A stretch of 63,298 bases of DNA from Phoronis australis. Taxonomy: Eukaryota; Animalia; Phoronida. The first letter of the stretch is position 1. Each line of letters opens with the position of its first letter. Made by a program: the position numbers and the translations under genes. The stretch covers positions 199,222 to 262,519 of the forward strand of contig NMRA01000587.1 in the NCBI GenBank assembly GCA_002633005.1, written 5' to 3'. Under the pieces are notes generated by a model. That model saw only the letters and a list, made by a program, of their open reading frames with translations, had not been told where the DNA came from and ran no database searches. Below, in pieces: positions 47,901-59,105 of this stretch.

Positions 47901-50278
47901 CCAGGGATGTTATCTTTAGGGTCAACTTGATCATCAATGTCACTTTTCTTGGGTTTAAAGTTAATATTGATCAGTTCTTCATTAGTTGGGAAATACAAAG
48001 AAAAGCCCTCGCTTTGCTCATCGTTGAATGTCATATCTATTTGTCGGTTTTGTCCTTTGAGGAAAATAGTCAACCTTTCATCAACCTCTGGCTGTTGTGA
48101 GTCACTATTCTTTGAAGCATTGATGTCAGCCTGACTGCTTTTCACTGACATCATTCTTTCAGGTGCAACAACCCTCTTCAATTGCTGTTGTTCCTAAAAC
48201 AGTGACAACTTAAAATTAAAAGAGCCAATACAAGTCGTGTCGGTGCATTGTTAACAATATATATCTACAAAGTCCAAAAGGGAATAATTGGACAGATGGG
48301 TCCTGGATTTAAAAGTGATTTGAGAACCTGTTACTCCCAATAAATCATGTAGTTTTAAGGACCCACCTATCTGACTATTACCATATTTTGATAGCCAGAA
48401 GGTGAGAAGGGTATTAATTGGATACATGGGTCCCTCCATAACTCCGAAAAACTTATCAGAAATTAACAAAACATACCTCACACGAGTCATCCAGGTAATC
48501 AAAGGTTTCAGATTTCACGTCGCGATCGTTTGATATCCAGATCCAAAACTAGGTACTCTACAGTCGGCGGGCTGCCAACATTTTCTTATGGTACACATCT
48601 CAATTACCGATCAGAGGTTGCTGTGAATGAGCTGTTAATGAAATGTACAAGAAAATGGGGGCAGCCAGCTAACTGTACGATATCTTGCATTTGTCAAGAT
48701 ATTGAAGTCCGGATATCAAAAGAATGTGATGTCGGACGTGGAATCTGTCATCACCTGGATGGATATCAATGATAGGTGAATCAAATGAGGTATCTCTAAT
48801 GAATTTCTGCTGAGAAGTTTTGGAGTCATGGAGGGACCCACATAGTGTGATCAGTGTCACCTCTTAACTATTAAAACTGTACCACACCAATTTCATTCAT
48901 CTTAACTTAATTTATCGACTCGGTAAAAATGCATTAGGGAAACCTATTTTTGTTCCTTGTACACTTAAAATTATCACTTTCTTCAGCAATTCTTTCCGTT
49001 TCTATAGATATCCTCGATGAAGCATGTCTACGGAATTAGGATGACTTTGGAGAAGAATTCCAATAACACTTGTTTGGCTGCCATTAAGTTTCTCACCGTG
49101 TGTGATAACCATGAAGTACTTCAATTGACACCACACAAGTTAGGCAAGAAACGCAAAGTGCTTGACCTCGCGCGTGACACTTGCAAAATGTAGGATGTGA
49201 AGATATATAGTGGAATTTATAAGATTTGTGTCCCATCATTTTTTTGTTCATCAAGAGGCACGAGCTTGAGTAACTTTAAACAAAATAGCACCGGGTGAAG
49301 GATGCTCGATTGAACTGCGACAGATTTTCATGGAATGGGTATCTTGATTGTTCAAATTATGTAAATTGTCTCCAGAGTCATGGTATGTGTTGATCATAAC
49401 TCTATGTGTTTATATGCATGTTTCATATAATGTTGTTCCGTGCACTTTGACAAGAGTAGTTGGCTATAATGTCGCCTGTGGCTAGCTGTGGTTCAATGCC
49501 CTAAACAAAATAAACAGCTTTGTGCCCATTAAACAATGACCATCATCTCTGCTAGCACATAGAGGGACACCTTATGAGGCCGTCGATGTATTTAATTCCT
49601 TCCAACTCGAACAATTACTCCTGCTATCAAACTTTTTCTTCGAGCAGTCCGTTGTTCAGTTCCCAAACTCTGTAACTCGCTACTTTTAACACTGCGCCTG
49701 GCAGGTGGCATGACGTATGTATCCCCTAGTGCGCGCAGTGTGAAAATTGCGAGTTACCGATTTTGGGAACTGAAGGAGGGACTGCTCAAGGAAAAAATTT
49801 GATAATCAGAGTATTTGTTTGAGATGGAAGGAATTAAATACGATGGCCTCCTCTATACAGAAGAGGTATTTCTAACAATGTGACTTTGACGTTTTAGCCA
49901 GTGCTAGGCATAATTTGCTGAAAAGCTTCCGGTGTATGAAGCGCCTGTAGGAGCTCCAACATCTCTACTAGCTGCACCAGCAAAGACGATGGTCATTGCC
50001 TAGGCCTAGCATGGGCGAGTTGACGTTATGTCGAACGTCGAGCTCTGTGATTGTTTCACATCCTTTTAACAAAACATACCTACCTGGATTTTGAATAAAT
50101 TTGATGCTATATGCTTTGACCACAAGCGCTCTCCGCCAGTCTCAGCTCTGCAACCAAGAAGACGGCGAATTTTCATTTTTCTACCGTCAAAACAAAATTT
50201 GCAGGCTACAGAATTGCTGAAATCCAACAGAGAACCGCTTTTCTTCAAAGCTGACAATCGGGAATATGTTCTTTGCAT
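44561..50278 (-). CDS. COX10: Protoheme IX farnesyltransferase (heme O synthase, UbiA family), mitochondrial, 6 coding exons, about 482 aa
   Basis: Exons on -: 50278-50084, 48193-47791, 47031-46907, 46567-46497, 45971-45739, 44982-44561 (1449 nt, phases 0,1,0,2,1). Motifs [84 protein letters not shown]. The start is uncertain: an in-frame ATG also lies at 50311. Confidence 0.95.
45739..45971 (-). CDS. COX10: COX10 exon 5
   Basis: [12 protein letters not shown]...[37 protein letters not shown]; donor GTGAGT. Confidence 0.96.
46497..46567 (-). CDS. COX10: COX10 exon 4
   Basis: [24 protein letters not shown], the UbiA Asp-rich motif region. Not in the ORF track. Confidence 0.95.
46907..47031 (-). 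CDS. COX10: COX10 exon 3
   Basis: [42 protein letters not shown]; donor GTAAAT. Confidence 0.94.
47791..48193 (-). CDS. COX10: COX10 exon 2
   Basis: gttttag|GAACAA; ends [24 protein letters not shown]; donor GTAAGT. Confidence 0.88.
49576..49850. mobile_element. Foldback/MITE element with about 120-bp imperfect inverted arms in COX10 intron 1
   Basis: Left arm GAGGCC...GTATTTAATTCCTTCCA...TTCAGTTCCCAAA...ACACTGCGC is the reverse complement of the right arm ending GGAAGGAATTAAATACGATGGCCTC; spacer about 35 bp. Confidence 0.85.
50084..50278 (-). CDS. COX10: COX10 first coding exon, mitochondrial transit-peptide-like
   Basis: [15 protein letters not shown]... is R/S/L/K-rich; donor CAG|GTAGGT is phase 0 and matches the next exon. 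Confidence 0.7.
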
Positions 50279-50379
50279 ATTGAAGAAATGGTTGACCTGT
50301 AACGAAAACATGTAAATGAACTATATATCGACACATCTTTTGAAAACCATTCGACTACAAAACGTGACAACAATGACAT

Positions 50380-50435
50380 CCGCCATTACTGCTTTAAAAC
50401 TATCTCCAATACAAAAGATTAGCGCCCGCCATCTA
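50380..50435 (-). promoter_or_regulatory. Putative COX10 core promoter with YY1-like ATGGCGG motifs
   Basis: Two ATGGCGG motifs on - (about 50386 and 50432, the second as AGATGGCGG) lie 100-150 bp upstream of the start. Such motifs are common at housekeeping promoters. Confidence 0.35.
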
Positions 50436-50730
50436 TTGAGTGGACACGAGAACTTGAGGGTATTTCGACTGATTTTTTAGAATCGCCTACCTCAAGTGAA
50501 CACCATGAGTACGGGACGTGATTAATTAATATAAATCGTGTATTTCAATAGCTACAATCTGTAAGAAGCAGGAGATCAAGACAACCAAGTCTAAAAATGC
50601 CTGGGCAATCGTATGTAGGCCTACACACGTGGACCGTCTGCCAGTGATTGCTTTGACCTTAGCCTTAGGTCGCGTAAAACCCTGTGCAATTCTCCAATTT
50701 ATGCTTGTTCATGCTGGTTTTCAAGCAGGT

Positions 50731-51280
50731 CTACTCAATTTACACCCTCATACTAGATTTGGTCATTTTCAGTCTCTTGTATAGCTAAATATTAAAGATC
50801 GAGTTTAGCAACTCAAGCTTCACCATATTCATAAAATAGTACTTGGCAACGCCCAAAATTATATCCTTGATAACTTTCCAGCATCTAAACCACGCCATGC
50901 TCACAGAAGAGCAATAATGGCTTTATTCAGCCACTACTTAAACACATGGATCTAAAACTTTTTTAAATTCAACAATAGTTCTGTGGAATTCACTTCCTGG
51001 CCATCTGAGAGACATCACAAATTTAAATATTTTTAAGCTACAAATCAAACAACAGCCTTATTGAGAGAACTGCTAACTTCGATTTTATTGATTATTTTCA
51101 TTTATCTATTTATTCATCATTATCATGTCACTTCATCCTACAGTTTTTTTGGCACATTTTCACCTATAGCTAGTTTCTTTCATATCTCTCCTTCATCCTG
51201 TATAATTACTATTCACAATTTACGTTTATACGTTATTTTTCTTAATTTGTGAATGGACCACCACTGAAATAAGTTTTGNA
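50731..51280 (+). mobile_element. 3' remnant of a CR1/L2/Crack-type LINE (ORF2 C-terminus plus 3' UTR)
   Basis: Degenerate translation LLNLHPHTRFGHFQSLV*LNIKDRV*QLKLHHIHKIVLGNAQNYILDNF, then after a frameshift STIVLWNSLPGHLRDITNLNIFKLQIKQ. This matches the WNxLP...FK tail of these LINEs and is followed by an AAT/AAC-rich tail. Confidence 0.72.
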
Positions 51281-51282
51281 AC

Positions 51283-51375
51283 ACTAACAATAAGAATAAA
51301 AACAACAACAATAATAATAACAACAATAACGATAAAAATAACAATAACTGTAATAGTAATAGTAATAATAATAAG
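51283..51375. repeat. (AAT/AAC)n imperfect microsatellite
   Basis: Directly visible. Confidence 0.9.
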
Positions 51376-51545
51376 TAAAAAGAAGATTCGTTAGGTAATT
51401 TTAGCCTTTGTGTGACTGACAGTTGCCGAACAACAATCAAAACTGTATTAATGAGAAACAAGAACTCTAACCAGTATGGAAATTGCACAGACGCTCATCA
51501 ATGTCACTTTTGGGTAAATGCCGAAGTTTACTACTAATTAAACAA

Positions 51546-51890
51546 TTTATCCATTCATTCATTCACTCATTCATTCATTCATCCATTCATCCATTCATTC
51601 ATTCATTCATTCATTCATCCATTCATTCACTCATTCATCCATTCATTCATTCATTCATTCATTCATTCACTCATTCATTCATTCATTCATTCACTCATTC
51701 ATTCATTCACTCATTCATTCATTCACTCATTCATTCATTCACTCATTCATTCATTCATTCATTCATTCATTCACTCATTCATTCATTCATTCATTCATTC
51801 ACTCATTCATTCATTCACTCATTCATTCATTCACTCATTCATTCATTCATTCACTCATTCATTCATTCATTTATTCAATGATTCATTCAT
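51546..51890. repeat. (CATT)n tetranucleotide microsatellite, about 345 bp
   Basis: CATT units with CACT and CATC variants. Confidence 0.98.
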
Positions 51891-51894
51891 AAAC

Positions 51895-52042
51895 CATGGG
51901 CGGGGCACCACAGGGGGATAGGGCTCTCGCCCCCCCACCCCACTTTTTTAGTGCCACGCCGCACATCGTCTTAATAGGCGACGCAACACAGGGGGGCAGA
52001 GGGGCTTTAGGCCCCACTTTTTTCAGTGCTGCGCCGCCCATG
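51895..52042. mobile_element. CATGGGCGGCGCA-family mini element, dimeric copy
   Basis: CATGGGCGGGGCA...TGCGCCGCCCATG; flanks ATAAAC and TTAAAC. Confidence 0.75.
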
Positions 52043-54600
52043 TTAAACCTGCATTACTGGGACCCGTTCCAAGAACCTTGAGACTGGCTTAGCTAAAATG
52101 CGGGGAGGGAAATTAGGCATTTATCTCGCCTACCGTGCACCAGGTTTGAAGCCAACTGATCACAATTTGAGTGTGTTAACTGACGGCGCTAGACAGTGAC
52201 ACTGCGTTCTTCGATAGCCGATCAGCCGAAATACACTCCTCTGAACGCAGTCCAATCGATTTTCTTTTGTAGTTATCCTATGTAAAATTACATACTACAG
52301 GATAGGTCATATAGTGTAGCTATACGACGGTTACCGTAGTCAATAAAATTGATCACGCTGAGAATTGATTCATTTTAAAACTGTAAGAAAGGCTGTTAAT
52401 TCTTGTTATGAGCTTGATGACAGAGAGAGAATCAACTCCTCCACTATATGATGCTGATCAGGTTTGTATCTCGTTTCAAACAATTAAGCGAATGATTGCA
52501 CTAAGAAAATTCACTCAATAATTGATATTGAAAAACAACAAATCATTTAACCGATCTGTATTCAGAAGCTTGTAGGGAGTGACAAGCAATGAGTCTATCA
52601 CGCCAACTCGGATGAGTGCATCGCTAGTGGCGATCAGCCAGAGGATCAGGGATCTAATCTTTGTATATGTAATTCATTCGTCCTACTCGTGCCAACTCAA
52701 GCCTCGGTATATCCACAATTCTGTGCTCGATTACCCCGTGGTTTGCGCATGCGACTTCTCCACCAAGTTCGCCCTTGATGACTATTGGTTTCGAACTAAA
52801 ATTTCGTGTGGCATTTGGAGTTCAGGCTCGAACCCCTTATAGTTTTAATACTAGGGTCACCAACTGAGCGATAGGATTAGTCATTCTTCAACACCAAGTT
52901 ATCGAGCGAAGAATAGCCACGTGCATTGAGTTACGTGGCACAACGGCGAGTAAAATGGTTTCGAATTCGATTCAACTACATAGTAAAGAAGCCGGACTCT
53001 CGGGTGTCAAACTTGCGGATGACACGTGGTGACCACAGGCAGCAGTACTAGGTCTTGGAAGGTGGTGCTGCCTGGCCACTGGCAATGTTAGCCCAAATTA
53101 GGAAGCGACTACAGGGGCTTATTTAATTTTATGGACATTTTTTGTAGTAAAGTCTTTAAAGTGCATCAGTAAAATAATCAACCGACACCGCAATAAGCTA
53201 ACGTCTGTGACGCACCAAAGTCATTGCACGTTTAATGTGTTGCTCTTATCCCCAAAGGCTCTAGCGTCTATCATTTTTGACAGTTGTGTACCGAAACACT
53301 AAAACGCGTTTTAGGGAATGGCCTCTACAAATTACATCTACGCACAGCAAAACAAACTGTTTTGTTAGAGATTTGTAAGAGGAAGTCAGAAGAGTTGTCG
53401 GCTCTCGTAACACAAAACAATGAATCTGTTTAACTTGGTGTGGAATATTTTAAACCCTACAATGACCTTAGTTCGAATGTCGATTGAAATTTAATGGACA
53501 GTTCTTCATGTTTAATAATCAACCAAATTAAAAACGACACAGCCCATGATTCCTTTGAAAAAAGAATCTATTCCCTAGCCCGCAACCTTCATTGAAAACC
53601 AAAGATTTGCCCATCAATATTACTTGAAGGGTTGGAGAGTCACAGCATATATTACAATATATTTTCATATTGGTTTTCAAATTTGAAGGATAACATGATC
53701 GGTGCAAATCTTTAATTTGAGGACGTCTCCAAAAGCTGAACTATGTACAAATTTCTCGGTGACACACCGTTTCATCAAAAAGTGGATGCCCTGGTTTACT
53801 GCGCCCCCACTCGGAGCTGCGGCCACGACTGGGGAAACTATAAATGAGGGTGGTGTGCCAAATCAATAGCAGATTTAGGATGTTACGAAGAGGGCAAGGT
53901 TGATCACAATTTCCAAAGAACAAAGTGTTCCCGAAAGTCCTCATGACAGCGTGTTCCCGTTCAGTGACTTTACCAGACGAAGGGGGTTCTGAGCGTGTGA
54001 TAACATCTTAACTGCCAAGCAAAGTCTTATGACAACAGGCAGGCCAATTATCAACAAGGCTAATTACAGACCATGTGTGAACACCGTCAAACGCCAGAGC
54101 GAATTGGTACATTCAGAAAGAATAGATTATCGTAACTTGGGTCGCAGTTGGGCGATTTTTGGCCATTCAAAAACTAAACATGATCACCATTAGACGAGAA
54201 TTTCAGACATGAAATGTTATTGGTTCCGGTTCAAATATGTTATAACTTAACTTTTATTTTTAACAGCACAGCCCAGTCGGCTAGATAGGCCCTACGATCT
54301 TTTTGAAGATTAGAGCAATTATCGAACAAAAGAGAGCTGGCCCTCCAACCATGAATGCCAGAATGGAGTTAACCAGTCGTGTAAGATATTGGCTACAGGA
54401 TAAAATTCCCAACTTGTTGTTGAGCTATAGAATCGAACAAGTTGGGAGCAACCGGGAAAACTGTAATGTAGACTGGAGGCGATGTGCCTTGGGGGTGTGG
54501 CTCTCAGTACCCAAAAAGGGCGGGACAAGCACGCTGCCTTCCAACATCTCTACCAAAGTCAGCAGGTGTTATTCACGCGCTAGTGTCGACGGTACTCTAA

Positions 54601-54682
54601 TTGGGACTGCACAGTCTTGGGGCTGCACAGTCTTGGGGCTGCACAGTCTTGGGACTGCACAGTCTTGGGGCTGCACAGTCTT
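54601..54682. repeat. 16-bp tandem repeat x5
   Basis: TTGGGRCTGCACAGTC x5. Confidence 0.95.
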
Positions 54683-54711
54683 CAATCACGAATGTAAGGG
54701 TTACATATCAT

Positions 54712-54753
54712 GTCACGTGCGGCGCCTCTGAACAAAAGCCGGCAACCGGAAGT
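54712..54753 (+). promoter_or_regulatory. Putative promoter of the GT31 gene: E-box GTCACGTG and ETS motif CCGGAAGT
   Basis: GTCACGTG at 54712-54719 and CCGGAAGT at 54746-54753, 40-80 bp upstream of the inferred first-exon donor. Confidence 0.45.
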
Positions 54754-54790
54754 TGAATTGCGGGATCTTCTGATTATTTTCTACGGCAAA

Positions 54791-56685
54791 ATGTAAGTCT
54801 GAAAAGTCAAAGCAGGCATAAAGCCAAGTTGCGAGTTTGGCTGCGCTCACCCGCTCTTAAGAGCATCACAACTCTGATACAGTGCACATGCTTCTCGCGC
54901 CCGTTTCAATGGGTGTTAGGCAACGTACTCCAGTAGCCTATAGAGTTCTGACTTAAAACGAATGCAGAGACGTGTCTAATTAGAGTTGAAAACCAAATAC
55001 AAGCGCAAGCGGGTTGTTTTTTTTTCAGAAATTACTCTAGGTACATTGTAAGGTTAATTTTCCAGAACAATCTACGCTGGAGTCGTATCTTGATGTCCAC
55101 TGACGTCTGGCTTCAGTCTGTTCCCGAGCAGCGACTTCTGTCGTGATAATCATTTTACCCGAAACGTTTCACTGTCATGTCAGTTTTGGGTCTCGATCAG
55201 TGTTTTTTATTTTTCTCTAGGTAAAAGTTTAACAGAGCGTATCTACCGTTGAAAAGTATTTGAAGAGTCAACTTCGGAACTCATACGAACACTGGTTCCT
55301 TATCATAGCTCTTCAAGGAAGGGGGGGAGGGGGTTACTTCAAGGATTCTTGGTCTTCTTTAGCAATTTCAATGACGTGTGTGGGCGTGCTCGGTGTTGTG
55401 CAATTTTTCAGTGAAACAAAGGTTTTGCAGAACGCTACAAATTTACGAGGCAATCACGTACGTCGTAGGCCTGCGGCTCGAATAACTGCTTCCTGTTCTT
55501 AATCTAATCAGACACTAAAAAGAGAGACACTTCTTCATTAGCACCATCTAGTGAATAATTCCTGCAATTCATTGTTCTTTCAGGTTCGTCCGACGCCTTT
55601 ACCGCCAGCTTGGTGTCACGCTGGCAGCTGTTGTCTCCATATCCTTCGCCCTGCTGGTGCTCTTCAACCGAAACTCAACGATTGAAAAAGCGAGCGAGCG
55701 ATACAATGTCGAGGCTCTTTCAATAATTTACGGCGATGCAGGCGAAACCAGCACAACTGTAATAACAGCACCAAGCAACCACAGGCAAACGAAAAGGAGT
55801 AGCGACGTTCCTGACTTCACACGTCTGGCGGATCGTCCGATTACATTACATGACTTCGACTACTTAATCAATCAGCCAAATCTTTGCAGGGACAGAGGGA
55901 TCGATTTTTTAATACTTGTCCATACTGCTCCAAACAACGTGGAAAGAAGACGAATGATCCGGAAAACGTTTGGTCAAATTTCTACCGCGAACAATTTCAA
56001 CTTGTCTACGTTGTTCTTCTTGGGAACTACCGGCAATAAAACACTGAATGATTTAGTAACCAGGGAGAGCCGACAGTATAAGGACATAGTTCAAGAATCG
56101 TTTCATGATTCGTACACAAATATGACACTTAAACACGTGATGGTTATGAAATGGGCTACCCTTTTCTGTAAATCTGCTAAGTTCCTAATGAAAATTGACG
56201 ATGACGTACTGGTCAATGTTGATCACGTGACTAGTTTTTTGACAGAAAGACTTAAACGGGGAGCACCGAGTAAGTTTTTGTACTGCAAAATTTTTTACCA
56301 CAATGCCCCCCACCGAAAAAAAGGAGAAGCTTGGTATGTACCAATTGAAGAATACCCTTTGCCTGTGTACCCCAAATATTGCGAAGGGTACGCCTACATT
56401 TTTTCACAAGACGTTGCGTCAGCTTTCTATAACATTTCACAATACCTTCCGTATTTTTGGATTGATGATGTTCACGTGACCGGAACTGTGCGGCAGTTTG
56501 CACGAGTGGAACCCGAACAAAGTAAATGGCTACACGATTTCAGTCTAATGAGTGACGCCGTAGTTAAGTCTCCCCCAGAAACCTTTCGGAAGACGATGGT
56601 GTTTCTTGCACGATGGCCGGAATTGTTGAAAAACTGGTACAAGATTTGGGAGAGGATAAAGCAACAACGGCCAAACAAAGATTGA
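54791..56685 (+). CDS. Beta-1,3-galactosyltransferase-like protein (CAZy GT31, Galactosyl_T), type II Golgi membrane protein, 367 aa
   Basis: Main exon 55584-56685: FVRRLYRQ, a TM segment (LGVTLAAVVSISFALLVLF), a stem, then GT31 motifs LILVHTAPNNVERRRMIRKTFG, LFFLG, ESRQYKDIVQESFHDSYTNMTLK, FLMKIDDDVLVN, YPKYCEGYAY, WIDDVHVTG. The start is inferred as AT (54791-54792) + G (55584). Orthology within the expanded invertebrate B3GALT1-like family cannot be assigned. Confidence 0.93.
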
Positions 56686-57657
56686 AAATTTGGGAACTTA
56701 AGTCCAAATGATAGTCGCCAAGGAAATTCTCCACAAAAACAAGGATGACTAAAGAGCATAAAACTGCTGTTGCTTTTCGTGTTGTAACGTGAGCCTTCTT
56801 CAGGCAAGTTTCACTATAATGCACACAAGTAGTTACAACATTCTCACCGTGGATCCGGCTATAAAGTTATCCATTTATCCAGAAAATATAAATAGAGAAT
56901 AATATTGTGGTGCATCGTGATGTCACATCGCCCCGAAAATACTGTAGAATTGTTTCCGTTGATATGACTTTATTTGCGGCTGAAGAAAGTGTATATATCC
57001 ATCGATGGTGCTTTTTGAGACCAAATCCTCCAGGAACAAACACTCATAATAAAGCTTTGGTGGCCTTGCATCAACATATATAGACCTGATGCACGTACGA
57101 TACCAACACACAGAGACGCGGGTAGGGCCTATAAAATGATGCATTCCACGCTCTTTGGCGATGCATTGAGGATCCGGGGAGAACTGTCAGCAAGCTTGAG
57201 CATCTGTGGCATATGACTTTGAACGTGAAGCGATATGCTCCGTTATATGGGCTATGCCTGTCACTGCATGGAGGGTCAGTCACAAGACTCGTAGAAATTT
57301 AGTGGCCCTGTGACAGATGTTATAAAGGAGGAAGCGAAAATACCTGAGGATATCGGGATGACACAGAGCCTTAAGACATCTTACGGGCATCTGTAAAAGT
57401 TGACCACACAACATGGAAAAACAACATCACAAATTGCACCCACGCAACACATCAGTGCATTCCTTAATATCGGTGTACGAGATTATACAGTATAATAAGC
57501 ATTTGCAGCTAGACACCAAAAAGGTTTTTTGGCTTCTGGTGAGTGCTTACTATTATTTTTTCAATTTCGTGGTCACCGACAATCGAAGTCCAAATATAAA
57601 TGACTGAAATCGTGGTAACCAAACTGCGGTCCCAAATGAAGTATACATGTATGAATA

Positions 57658-57808
57658 CATGTGCGGCGCACCATAGGGAGCTGGGGGAGGGGGGCTATAG
57701 CTCCCCCACTTTTTTCAGTGCTACGCCGCACATGGCTATAGGCGGTGCACCACAGGGGGGCTGAGGGGGCTTTAGCCCCCCACTTTTTTCAGTGGTGCGC
57801 TGCCCATG
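57658..57808. mobile_element. CATGGGCGGCGCA-family mini element, dimeric copy, 5-bp TSD GAATA
   Basis: GAATA|CATGTGCGGCGCA...TGCGCTGCCCATG|GAATA. Confidence 0.78.
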
Positions 57809-58394
57809 GAATAGCCGAACACCACTGATTCACCCGAAACTATTAATCAAGAGAAGTCACCTGTAACTGTGACATGTACATGTAGCGATAAAATTTTTAT
57901 CTGCTCAGGCAATCTGTTGATGAACAACTGGCTGCACACTTTAACTTCATTTCCAACCCTTTGAAAGAATGGGAAAGGAGCACATTTAAAGTGGCTAGAA
58001 ATGCAAAGAAGAGTCTTTCAAAATTGTTTTTATAACATTCTTACACCTTCGTCGCTCAAGAGGAGAGTAGCGATAGCGTCATCAAGCGAACCTAAACGGT
58101 TTCTAGATAGGCTGTTTTCTTGAAAATGTTTTAGACAACGGAAGCTGCACGTTATTCCCAGGGCTTGTAACATGGTTTGTGATATTCAAGTATTTGTCCA
58201 GCTCCATCTGTTGTGTGCTGTGGTCATCGAAATAGCCGCGTTCCTCAAGACACTCGTATGCTATTTTACTCTTTTACCAAATATATTGTGTAGTTTATTT
58301 TCTTTTGGTGATTTGGAAAATTTTCGAATTGTATCGAAGAACAAAACATGGTTAATTTCATTTCGTGATTGTATGTACAATATCATACATTTTG

Positions 58395-58600
58395 AAACTT
58401 TTAGATAAAGTGACTGTGGGCAAGAAGTCTGGAACTATAGAGGAATATTGTCTCTGATACTCAAACTTTTAGATAAGAAGTCTATCTGACTGTGGACAAG
58501 AAGCTTGGTACTGTAGAGAAATATTGTCTCTGATACCGGTACTCAAACTTTTAGATAAGAAGTCTGGAACTATAGAGGAATATTGTCTCTGATACTCAAG
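58395..58600. repeat. Degenerate tandem repeat, about 3 copies
   Basis: AAACTTTTAGATAA...GAAGTCTGGAACTATAGAGGAATATTGTCTCTGATACTCAA recurs. Confidence 0.8.
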
Positions 58601-58926
58601 CGTCTTATGTATAGGTTGTGCAATGCTTTGGATACTGAGGTACTGAATATTTCAGATTTTCATTTCTTTGCGTTCGATAGAGAATTTCACTCCTTTTGTG
58701 ATCTGTGGCTGAAGGAACTGTTTCTCAAATTTTTGATTTTCTTCCCACGACAGATATATCAGCCGTCAAAAATGAAGACTTAAGGTGTTTTTTCAAGGAG
58801 GGGTGATATCGTCTTCTAAAGTGTAAATGAAAAATCTAAGACACGGCTCCCTGCATATATTGACAGTAATTATTAATATACAAAGTCGCTTCAATTTGTG
58901 TTTTCTGGAAATGCACCTTCAAAGCA

Positions 58927-59105
58927 ATTACAACAACAACAACAATAGTAATAATAATAGCAACAAGAAGAAGAACAACAATACTAATTACGAAAATTAT
59001 AATAATAACAATAACAATAAAAACAACAATAACAATAACAGTAGCAGTACCAGTAGGACTAGTAGTACTAGTAATAACAGAAATACTATTTGTAGTAAGA
59101 GTAAT
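58927..59105. repeat. (AAC/AAT/AGT)n imperfect microsatellite
   Basis: Directly visible. Confidence 0.9.

Noticed and set aside
48477-48548. Possible extra 72-nt phase 0-0 COX10 exon ([24 protein letters not shown], donor GTATGT)
   Set aside because: The acceptor lacks a polypyrimidine tract, I recognise no homology, and the flanking exons already join in phase.
51483-51881. 132-aa (FIHS)n ORF
   Set aside because: Translation of a (CATT)n microsatellite.
50430-54710. Shared bidirectional promoter for COX10 and the GT31 gene
   Set aside because: The starts are more than 4 kb apart, separated by repeats, and each gene has its own candidate motifs.
55780-55805. RQTKR|SS in the GT31 stem as a furin shedding site
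   Set aside because: P4 is Gln rather than Arg, so it is only a dibasic pair.
8210-56685. BMP1, COX10 and GT31 as a functional cluster or novel system
   Set aside because: Unrelated pathways (extracellular proteolysis, heme A synthesis, Golgi glycosylation), mixed strands and separate promoters; nothing in the sequence indicates co-regulation.
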